64,000 nucleotides of DNA from a virus (lineage: Duplodnaviria; Caudoviricetes), in the IMG/VR virus record IMGVR_UViG_3300028601_000030, positions 15,601 to 79,600 of that record; one strand, given 5' to 3'. Under the pieces are notes generated by a model. It saw only the letters and a program-made list of their open reading frames with translations. It had not been told where the DNA came from and made no database searches. Every line of letters starts with the position of its first letter. The first letter of the stretch is position 1. Position numbers and translations under genes: made by a program. Below are positions 1 through 8,127 of this stretch, in pieces.

Positions 1-204
1 AAGGCAATCATCACTGGACGTAAAGAAGGTGTGAGTGTCAAGAAATCGTATGATGTTGAAAATTCCGGTACAGCTACTTTCGACATTAGCCCTGTGTTTC
101 TGGCATACATTCTAAAACTGACAAACAACATGGCAATTGGAGAACACAGTGCCTTGTTTGAAGACAACGACAAGTTTATCCACCTCGTACAACTTCCGGT
201 ATAA
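1..204 (+). CDS. 3' end of a gene truncated by the window edge; possibly a sliding clamp (beta-clamp-like)
   Basis: Open frame from base 1 to TAA 202-204 (KAIITGRKEG...FDISPVFLAYILKLT...VQLPV). The beta-clamp call rests on weak resemblance and on the adjacent polymerase and clamp loader. Confidence 0.35.
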   Translation, partial: KAIITGRKEGVSVKKSYDVENSGTATFDISPVFLAYILKLTNNMAIGEHSALFEDNDKFIHLVQLPV

Positions 205-206
205 TT

Positions 207-3200
207 ATGGCTAAGATTCACAATTTCTTTTCCAAGAGTAAAGATGCTGTTCCTATGGAATGCGCTAAATGCGGCATGTTCAACGGCTGTAAAAACGGAC
301 GTATGAAACCAGCTGGTCTAGGAGAAAAGAAAATATTGGTTATCACTGACTCCCCTGACGCTCAAGCTGATTTGAAAGGAACAATTGCTGAAAGTTCCCA
401 ATACAAATTCCTGCATACAGAATTGCGTAAGTTGGGACTTAACCTCTATAAGGACTGCTGGACTGTTCCGGCAGTCCGTTGTTATTCAGAACGTACACCA
501 CAAAAAGCACAAGCGATGCACTGTAAACCAGAGCTTGAAGAAGATTTCAAGTCACTTCAACCGAAACATGTATTTACATTTGGCAATATTTCATTGGGCA
601 CAATCACAGATAAGTATTATTCTGGTATTATCAGTGAGAATTGTATGGGAGATTCAATTCCCATTAAAGAATTTGGATTTTATCTTCATCCGTTTTTAGA
701 TGTCCCTCAAATTCAAGCAACAAAGAAAAACAAGAATTACCAATCTTATGTCAAACGGCAATTACACAAGGCGATTGAGTTTGCAAAGTCTGGAAGAGGA
801 TTTATAAACTACACATACGATGATCCTAAAAATGTAGAATTCCTGCTTGATGCTAAATCAGTTCTGGACAAACTTGGCGAATTGATGGATGAAAAAGAGA
901 TTGCCCTTGACTACGAAACAACAGGCATAAAGCCCCATCGTGACGGACACAAGATAACTGTTGTTGGATTGTCTACTGATGATAGCGCATACGCTTTCCC
1001 ACTTGACTATCAAGAGTATTGGAACGTTGATGATTGGAATGATATTAACGATGCTTTGGCAGACCTCATAGAAGCAAAGAAACCAAAGATGATTGTGCAT
1101 AACAAAGTGTTCGAAAATCTTTGGTCTCGTTTTATATTGGAAGTTGATTCATTCATGGACGAATGTACCATGATTCGTCAACATGTGTTAGATCATCGGC
1201 GCAAAACAAAATCCCTGAAGTACCAGATATTCCGACGTTGGGGAATTTGGGGATACGATGCTTCGATGGATAGGTATATTAAAGCTCCAGATTCCAACTC
1301 AATGAACAAAATGGACGAAGCTCCGTTAGACGATCAATTGTTGTATGTTGGACTTGATGCGTACATGACGATGAAACTTCATCGCGAACAGGAGAAAGAG
1401 TTTGCTGGGAAGAAAAATCTGCAACAGGCAAATAAGTTTTTCCAAGAATCGTCAAATTCTATGACAGTTCTGCAAGAATCTGGTTTAAATGTAGATGAAA
1501 AATATTACCAAGAAATAGAAAAAGAATTAACTCGTACAATCACTGGGTTAGAAAAATCAATCTCAGCAAACGAAGAAGCCCAACGCTTTCGTAAACTGTA
1601 TAAGAAAAAGTTTGACCACAATTCACCGATGAATCTCAAGAGGTTGTTGTTTGATCAAATGGGATTAGAGTCGGTGAAAGACACAGCCAAAGGTGGGCAA
1701 GCTGTTGATGCTGAAGTTTTGAAAGAACTGGACATTCCTATTGGTAATTATATCCTTGATTTACGTAAGTATCTCAAACTCAGGGACACGTACCTTTCAC
1801 AGTTTAAACGTGAAGTTGTTGATGGACATATTCATCCATTCTTTTATCTGACAACAGTTACCAGTTATAGGTCCTGTATAGCTGGATATGAAAAAGTAAT
1901 GGTTGTTCGTGATTTTGAATCTGAACCTGAAGGAATACCAATAAAAGATGTTAAAGTTGGTGATTTAGTTTATTGCTTTGATGATAAATTAAACCCTCAG
2001 ATAAAAAAGGTTTTGTGGCAAGGTAAGACTGGTCATAGAGAAATTATACGAGTGCATTATTACCGCAAGGGTAAACGTTATTATTTTGATTGTACTCCTG
2101 AACACAAGGTACGATTGATTGATGGGTCGTATATAGAAGCTCAAAATTTAAAACCAAATGATCATGTACTAGCTTGCAGTAGAACTGGAGATTATATAAA
2201 TTTTACTGGTCACTTAAAACATGGGCATGGGTTTAAAGAGCATCGCTTTATCTATGAACAATTGGTAGGTGATTTAAATTCTGATGAAGTAATACACCAT
2301 AAAAATTGGAATCACTTTGATCATCGTCCAGAAAACTTACAAAAAACAACCAGATCGGAACACAGTAAAATTCACGCATCTGTTTTGTCAAATCTTCCGG
2401 AACGTAAAGAACTAGCTCGGCAGTCGATGTTAAAACGTTGGGAAAACAATGAATTTTCTCCCAGATTTGGGGAAGACAACAATTCGTATGTTTTTATCAT
2501 CCGTTTTGCTTGCCTGCGAAAACTTGCTGAAAATCACGGCAAACTCAAACTGGCTGCTGAATCTATTCCTATGGATTTTGCTACATTTAAAAATAAAATT
2601 TCTGACTACGGTTTAGATTGGAAAACGATAAAACTCAGATATGACAAAAACGGGAAATATATTTCTAAAGCAAGATTGCAGAACTTGTCTCATTTAGGAA
2701 GGAGTAAAGTACAACGAATTTTAGGACACAATTATTATAAGTTATTAGAATTGTATAAATTCTACGGATTAGATTTAAAACGAAAATGGTCAAATCAATT
2801 TGGAGAATTTGTTCCAGGCAATCACAGAATAACCGGTATAGAGCATTTGCATACAAGTGTTGATGTGTATGATATTGAGGTAGAAGATCATCACAATTTC
2901 TTTGTAAATGAGATTTGTGTGCATAATTCAAGTGCAGACCCAAATTTCCAGAACATACCCAAGCGGGACAAAGAAGCAAAGAACTCTATTCGTTCTGGAA
3001 TCGTGCCTTCAAAAGGCAACAAGCTTTGTGAGATTGACTTCTCTGGTATGGAAGTTTCTACTTCAGCTACGTATCACTGTGACCCGAATTTTATCAATTA
3101 CCTACTTGATGATTCAGCCGACATGCACAGGGATAATGGCTGTGACATTTGGATGCTTGAACAAGATGAAATGACTCCAGAGATTCGTTTCTTTGTCAAG

Positions 3201-3797
3201 AATGGTTGGACATTTCCTCAGTTTTATGGTGATTGGTATGATTCATGTGGTCGTGCATTGTGGAAAAGCTCATTGCATTTGAACACGGCTGCTGGTATCA
3301 CACTTGAAGAACATTTGAAAGGCAAGGGAATCTATAGCCAAAATGAGTTTTTGGAACATTGCAAGTCTGCTGAAAACATTATGTGGCATGAACGCTTCAA
3401 GGTTTACACTGAGTGGAAAGAATCCATCAATGATTTTTATCTGAAAAATGGATATGTTGAAACACACATGGGATTTCGTTTCACAGGTATGATGGACAGA
3501 AAGCAAACTGCAAACTTTCCTATTCAAGGTACAGCGTTTCATCTTCTCCTGTTCTGCATAAACTTGATGATTAAAGAGAAGCAGAAACGTAAGTGGAAAT
3601 CACGTTTCATTGGACAAGTGCATGATAGTTGCATCATCGACCTTGTCCCAGAAGAACAAGATGAAATATTTGAGGTGTTCGATTATCATGTCCAGCACAC
3701 CATCCCCGAAACATTTAAATGGGCGAATGTTCCGTTTCGCATAGACAAAGAAGTGTCTCCTATCGACGGAACATTTGCACAATTGGAGGAATTATAA
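207..3797 (+). CDS. Family A DNA polymerase with N-terminal uracil-DNA-glycosylase-like domain, 3'-5' exonuclease domain and an intein
   Basis: N-terminal CAKC..GC plus UDG family-4-like segment. Exonuclease motif ALDYETTG. Polymerase motifs RS/SSADPNFQNIP, EIDFSGME, NFPIQGTA, QVHDS. Confidence 0.95.
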   Translation: MAKIHNFFSKSKDAVPMECAKCGMFNGCKNGRMKPAGLGEKKILVITDSPDAQADLKGTIAESSQYKFLHTELRKLGLNLYKDCWTVPAVRCYSERTPQKAQAMHCKPELEEDFKSLQPKHVFTFGNISLGTITDKYYSGIISENCMGDSIPIKEFGFYLHPFLDVPQIQATKKNKNYQSYVKRQLHKAIEFAKSGRGFINYTYDDPKNVEFLLDAKSVLDKLGELMDEKEIALDYETTGIKPHRDGHKITVVGLSTDDSAYAFPLDYQEYWNVDDWNDINDALADLIEAKKPKMIVHNKVFENLWSRFILEVDSFMDECTMIRQHVLDHRRKTKSLKYQIFRRWGIWGYDASMDRYIKAPDSNSMNKMDEAPLDDQLLYVGLDAYMTMKLHREQEKEFAGKKNLQQANKFFQESSNSMTVLQESGLNVDEKYYQEIEKELTRTITGLEKSISANEEAQRFRKLYKKKFDHNSPMNLKRLLFDQMGLESVKDTAKGGQAVDAEVLKELDIPIGNYILDLRKYLKLRDTYLSQFKREVVDGHIHPFFYLTTVTSYRSCIAGYEKVMVVRDFESEPEGIPIKDVKVGDLVYCFDDKLNPQIKKVLWQGKTGHREIIRVHYYRKGKRYYFDCTPEHKVRLIDGSYIEAQNLKPNDHVLACSRTGDYINFTGHLKHGHGFKEHRFIYEQLVGDLNSDEVIHHKNWNHFDHRPENLQKTTRSEHSKIHASVLSNLPERKELARQSMLKRWENNEFSPRFGEDNNSYVFIIRFACLRKLAENHGKLKLAAESIPMDFATFKNKISDYGLDWKTIKLRYDKNGKYISKARLQNLSHLGRSKVQRILGHNYYKLLELYKFYGLDLKRKWSNQFGEFVPGNHRITGIEHLHTSVDVYDIEVEDHHNFFVNEICVHNSSADPNFQNIPKRDKEAKNSIRSGIVPSKGNKLCEIDFSGMEVSTSATYHCDPNFINYLLDDSADMHRDNGCDIWMLEQDEMTPEIRFFVKNGWTFPQFYGDWYDSCGRALWKSSLHLNTAAGITLEEHLKGKGIYSQNEFLEHCKSAENIMWHERFKVYTEWKESINDFYLKNGYVETHMGFRFTGMMDRKQTANFPIQGTAFHLLLFCINLMIKEKQKRKWKSRFIGQVHDSCIIDLVPEEQDEIFEVFDYHVQHTIPETFKWANVPFRIDKEVSPIDGTFAQLEEL
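1875..2927 (+). mobile_element. Intein (351 aa) with HNH homing endonuclease in the DNA polymerase
   Basis: Starts CIAGYEKV at 1875 and ends FVNEICVHN before Ser at 2928. Block B CTPEHKV. Internal HNH motif EHRFIYEQ..IHHKNWNHFDHRPENL...EH. Confidence 0.93.
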
Positions 3798-4240
3798 TGC
3801 CTGATAGCAAATTACTGAACCTTCACTTGGCTGCCGCTATTGGTGGCCTTTCCTGTGTGTATGCTCGTCAACCCAAAGAACACACAAGGGTTGCACGTTT
3901 ATGTGGACAAATAATCAAAATACTTTATACCAAAGCAAACGTTCAGTTGCCAATGGTAGATGATTTTATTATGCTCAAGGCGCATTCAATTCTTCCAGAA
4001 ATTGAAGACAAATGCAACAAAGCCGTTGAGCGTACTGGAAAATCGGCTGATGTTGTTTTGTTGGCTCTGGTTTGTTTTTGTGTAGAGGAATTGCCCAACA
4101 ATCGCAAAATGAATGACGCTCTTTTTAAATTATTGGAGTGCTTCGAAAAACAGGAGGTGTTTGAAATTTCTACCGTTGAAACTGTAGAAGATATTTGGAA
4201 TTATTTGGTGGAAGCTATTTACGCAGAAAAAGGAGAATAG
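3797..4240 (+). CDS. Hypothetical protein (147 aa)
   Basis: ATG 3797 overlaps the polymerase stop, with GGAGG upstream. Confidence 0.7.
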   Translation: MPDSKLLNLHLAAAIGGLSCVYARQPKEHTRVARLCGQIIKILYTKANVQLPMVDDFIMLKAHSILPEIEDKCNKAVERTGKSADVVLLALVCFCVEELPNNRKMNDALFKLLECFEKQEVFEISTVETVEDIWNYLVEAIYAEKGE

Positions 4241-4242
4241 GT

Positions 4243-5166
4243 ATGTCTGAACCACTGCACATTAAGTATCGTCCTAAGAAACTCGAAGATGTAGCTGGCA
4301 ACAAAGGTGCCGTTGCTACAGTGAAATCTTTCTTGGAAAGAGAATTGATTGACATGCCTCATTCATGGTTGTTCTCTGGTCCTTCGGGTACAGGCAAAAC
4401 AACCATTGCTCGAATCGTTGCCCATGAACTAGGTTGTTCCGACATTGACTTCATTGAATACAATTCTGGTTCAATGCGAGGTGTTGATTCAATACGGGAT
4501 ATTGAGCAGAAATCAAAACTTTCTCCGATGAAGGGTAAAGTTAAAGTTTACTTATTTGATGAAGTCCATAATTGGACGGCGGCGGCTCAGGAAGCTTCTT
4601 TGAAATTGTTGGAAGATGCCCCTAAAAATGTGTTTTTCTTTCTCGCTACAACGAACCCCGAAAAGCTACGTAAGGCAGTGCGTACTCGTTGTACGGACAT
4701 CGCTGTAAAGGCACTAAATACGAAGGACATATCTGCTTTAATCAGGCGTATCTGTGAAGAAGAAGGCATAGGTGATATGCCTAAAGAAGTGATTCAAAAG
4801 ATTGCTTCAAGTTGTGATGGTTCTCCTCGCGAAGCTGTTAAAATGCTTGACGCCGTTATTGACATTGAAGAGCTTGATGAAGCTCTCGAAGCAATCAGCG
4901 CCGTCTATACTGCCGAAACAGAAATCATTGACCTATGCCGGGCATTGACGCAGGGGCATTCTTGGAACAAAATTTCTCCGATACTCAAGAATTTAGAAGG
5001 TGACCCTGAAAACGCACGTAGAGCAATTCTTGGGTATTTTACAAAGGTGTTGTTAGATAAAGGTGATTTACGTATTGCTGAAATGATGGAGCAATTCGAA
5101 TCAAATTATTATGACACAGGCAAGGCTGGTCTGGTTTTGTCTTGTTTTGCGGCAACTCAAGTTTAG
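4243..5166 (+). CDS. Clamp-loader AAA+ ATPase (DnaX/RFC-like)
   Basis: KYRPKKLEDVAGN, Walker A GPSGTGKT, Walker B LFDEVH, LKLLEDAP, and an RTRC motif. Confidence 0.9.
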   Translation: MSEPLHIKYRPKKLEDVAGNKGAVATVKSFLERELIDMPHSWLFSGPSGTGKTTIARIVAHELGCSDIDFIEYNSGSMRGVDSIRDIEQKSKLSPMKGKVKVYLFDEVHNWTAAAQEASLKLLEDAPKNVFFFLATTNPEKLRKAVRTRCTDIAVKALNTKDISALIRRICEEEGIGDMPKEVIQKIASSCDGSPREAVKMLDAVIDIEELDEALEAISAVYTAETEIIDLCRALTQGHSWNKISPILKNLEGDPENARRAILGYFTKVLLDKGDLRIAEMMEQFESNYYDTGKAGLVLSCFAATQV

Positions 5167-5174
5167 GAGTTATC

Positions 5175-5774
5175 ATGTACAAATTCCCGAAAGCAAAATT
5201 TGCTGACGAAAACACTGTGGTTGAACAAATTGACCACTTGTATTCTGAAATAGAGGAATGTCTGCAAGCTTTAGATGAACAAAGTAAGGATCTATTTCAT
5301 CTTGCGGAAGAAATATTTGATGTTTCCCATTCGGCAGAAACAGCCCTCCGCATAATTGAGAGCTTAGAAGGTCCTGAATTTTTACGCAATGTCAAATATT
5401 TCGTAATTGCGAAGAATGCGGATCGTGGTTATTATCCTTCATGGGAAGTAGAACAAAAGCCGTCTTTGGATATAGATTTGACTGCGATTGAAAATGAGCA
5501 AAGAGTATTTGCCGGAATGCTGAAAGTAGTTATGGAGGAAATGTTTTCTTTCCTCCTTGAGAAAAATGCAAAGTATGGCAATTCTTGTTTAGAGCCTTTG
5601 CGGGTTTTTAGTAAATCTCCCACTGATGAACAAATCAATGTGCGTATGGATGACAAGCTAAGTCGTATTGCACAAGACCGGGTAGGTGATGATGAAGACC
5701 CTGAGTTGGATCTTCTTGGATATCTGCTGATTAAAAAAGTTTGGTCTAAACTGAACGGTGCTTACCATGGCTAA
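5175..5774 (+). CDS. MazG-like helical domain fused to a DUF1599 (nucleotide-modification-associated)-like domain
   Basis: N-half QIDHLYSEIEE..EEIFD..HS..KNADRGYY. C-half EKNAKYGNS...RMDDKLSRI...DLLGY. Family assignment from remembered motifs. Confidence 0.55.
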   Translation: MYKFPKAKFADENTVVEQIDHLYSEIEECLQALDEQSKDLFHLAEEIFDVSHSAETALRIIESLEGPEFLRNVKYFVIAKNADRGYYPSWEVEQKPSLDIDLTAIENEQRVFAGMLKVVMEEMFSFLLEKNAKYGNSCLEPLRVFSKSPTDEQINVRMDDKLSRIAQDRVGDDEDPELDLLGYLLIKKVWSKLNGAYHG

Positions 5775-6288
5775 AAGACGAGACCCAGATGCTCCGACAA
5801 ATAAGATTCGCAGGCATCTGCACAAACACAAGAGAATAACTAGGGAAGAGATTGCAGCTTATGGATGGAAGACACAACCCGGTTTAGCAATTTCTTATTT
5901 GCGTTATAATGGATATAAACTGCCATTACGAATTACTCCTGAAGGTCGATATTGGGAAATGACCGGCTTTGAAAAGAAGCAGGTACAGCAAGGCGAAGAC
6001 CTTGGTCCAGAACTAGAGCGACACACAATCAATTGCCAAAACTGTGGGGTAACTTTTGTAGTTGGTGTATGGCCAGGAGACAAACCGAACAAGCATCAAT
6101 TTTGTTCGGGGTGCAGGTCTCATCCTATTGAAGGAAAAAGAGAAAAATATGTTCCTTCAAAAACTCCACCAACAATGCAATCTTTAAATATTTTGCCTTC
6201 TTCAGAAGTATATATCTATAAACCAGGTGATGATGGTTTTGATGAAATAGCTGCACAATGTACGCATATTTCGGAGATACAATATTAA
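5767..6288 (+). CDS. Hypothetical protein with a possible HTH and a CxxC..CxxC zinc finger
   Basis: Basic N-terminus; CQNC and CSGC motifs. Confidence 0.6.
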   Translation: MAKRRDPDAPTNKIRRHLHKHKRITREEIAAYGWKTQPGLAISYLRYNGYKLPLRITPEGRYWEMTGFEKKQVQQGEDLGPELERHTINCQNCGVTFVVGVWPGDKPNKHQFCSGCRSHPIEGKREKYVPSKTPPTMQSLNILPSSEVYIYKPGDDGFDEIAAQCTHISEIQY

Positions 6289-6360
6289 AAATATTTGTCT
6301 TGTTTTTTCTGTCGATTACATATAAGATATACGCACAAACAATCAGTATTGGGGGAGAAA

Positions 6361-6921
6361 ATGACAAAGCATTTTGACAATGATTATCCGTCACACACAT
6401 TTGATGGTAAGGAGGTGAACGAAGATGAAATAAACTTTGAAGAGGATTTATCTATTGACCAGTACGGCCTTGATTACGAGTGGATACGGCAAGCAAAGCT
6501 CATGCAGAAATACGCAGTTCTTTATGCGGATCTGTCCGCTGAAAAAGAAGAAGCAAAAGAATGGGTGCAGAGAGTTGATGCTGAGATTGACTTGGATGTA
6601 AGGTCAAATTATGAATCTTATGGATTCGAAACCAAACCTACTGAAGGGGCGATTAAATCCATAATCGCTAACGACAAGAAGCACCTTAAAGCCCAGAAAG
6701 AACTCATTGAAGTATCAAGACAGGTTCTTATTGTACAAGGTGCGAAGACTTCTATGGAACATAAGAAATCTGCTCTGGAGAGATTGTCTTCCCTGTATTT
6801 ATCAGGATACTGGGCTGATCCTAGAATTACAAAAGAAGCCAAAGACCATTACGAGGACGATATGCAATTTGCTCATAGGCAGTATTTAGCAAACAACGAA
6901 AGGATTAAGAAAAATGGCTAA
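6361..6921 (+). CDS. UvsY-like recombination mediator (putative)
   Basis: Helical protein (LSIDQYGLDYEWIRQ...TEGAIKSII..D...) directly before SSB and RecA. Confidence 0.55.
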   Translation: MTKHFDNDYPSHTFDGKEVNEDEINFEEDLSIDQYGLDYEWIRQAKLMQKYAVLYADLSAEKEEAKEWVQRVDAEIDLDVRSNYESYGFETKPTEGAIKSIIANDKKHLKAQKELIEVSRQVLIVQGAKTSMEHKKSALERLSSLYLSGYWADPRITKEAKDHYEDDMQFAHRQYLANNERIKKNG

Positions 6922-7975
6922 GAAATCACGTTTCCGTTCAATGAAAGGTAACCCCACCGAAGACATGATTCGCCGCACTGAAGAATCAAAGAAGCGCGAA
7001 GGCGGAACAAACAAGTGGAATGACTACTTGAAAGATGATTTTGATGGTGAGAAATTCATCGCAAAGGAAGGTGAACATCTTCTTGATATTATTCCTTATA
7101 TCACTGGCACACAAGACCCGAAATTGGGTGAAGGCGAACGTGCGTATATGCTGGATGTGTACGTTCACCAGAAAGTAGGTATAAACGAAGATTCTGTATT
7201 GTGTCCTGCTTCAAACTATCGTGGTAAGAAGTGCCCGATTTGTGAACACCAAGCAAAGATGAAAAAAGCTGGCATCTTCTCTGAGGATGAAGTGAAAGCA
7301 CTCAACCCCAAACGTCGCGCTCTGTACAATGTCGTTTGCTACGACACAGCGGAAACCGAAGCAAAAGGTGTTCTTGTTTGGGAAGCTTCATATCATTTGA
7401 CAGAAAAAGAAATACTCCCGATTGCACGTAATCGTCGTGGTGGAGGATACATTCCGTTTGCTGACCCCGACAAAGGCAAATCTATCTCTTTCTTCCGTGA
7501 AGGTGCTGGTGCCGCTACGCGCTACAAAGGTTACACACTGCTCGACCGTGAAGAAGAAATTTCCGATGAAATTCTCGATGCCGCTTATTGCCTCGATGAA
7601 TTGCTCGATATAAAGAGCTATGAGGAAATTGAAGAACTGTTCCGTCCTACTGCACCTGAACTTGATGGCTCTGATACACCTGACCATGATAAAGACGAAG
7701 AAGAAGATCATGAGTATGAGCGTTCCCGTTCTCGTAAGCGTTCTAGTGCAAAGAAGGAAGACGAAGAAAAAGAAAAGCCTTCGAAGATAAGCCGCCGTTC
7801 TGCTCGCAAGGAAGAAAGTGAGGAAGAAGATGAGACGGAAAAACCGACCTTCGACAAAGACGATGAAATTCCTGACTACGGTCAAGAAGCGCCAGACGGG
7901 GAAGAAGAGGAAAATGAAGAAGAGGAAGAAGAAAAATCTCGAAGAAGCTCCTCACGTAGAAGTCGCCGCAAGTGA
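6914..7975 (+). CDS. Single-stranded DNA-binding protein (gp32-like) with long charged tail
   Basis: VYVHQ..CPA...CPICE zinc site, PKRRALYNV, long acidic/basic C-terminus. Confidence 0.75.
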   Translation: MAKKSRFRSMKGNPTEDMIRRTEESKKREGGTNKWNDYLKDDFDGEKFIAKEGEHLLDIIPYITGTQDPKLGEGERAYMLDVYVHQKVGINEDSVLCPASNYRGKKCPICEHQAKMKKAGIFSEDEVKALNPKRRALYNVVCYDTAETEAKGVLVWEASYHLTEKEILPIARNRRGGGYIPFADPDKGKSISFFREGAGAATRYKGYTLLDREEEISDEILDAAYCLDELLDIKSYEEIEELFRPTAPELDGSDTPDHDKDEEEDHEYERSRSRKRSSAKKEDEEKEKPSKISRRSARKEESEEEDETEKPTFDKDDEIPDYGQEAPDGEEEENEEEEEEKSRRSSSRRSRRK

Positions 7976-7994
7976 TTGAACATATCTAAAATAG

Positions 7995-8024
7995 AGCAGA
8001 GGAGAGCTTTCTCCTCTGCTTTTC
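7995..8024 (+). terminator. Rho-independent terminator after SSB
   Basis: Stem AGCAGAGGAG/CTCCTCTGCT followed by T residues. Confidence 0.65.
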
Positions 8025-8127
8025 TATATCAGCACACATTTTACAAATAAAAATCAAATACACCGCGCGAGAATAGCGGGAATCGTTATTTCTTGTAGCC
8101 CACTTGCTCGATAGAAAGGTTTGCTCT

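Noticed and set aside
7388-7955. Antisense ORFs over the SSB tail and similar shadow ORFs elsewhere
   Set aside because: They lie opposite well-supported genes and reflect codon bias.
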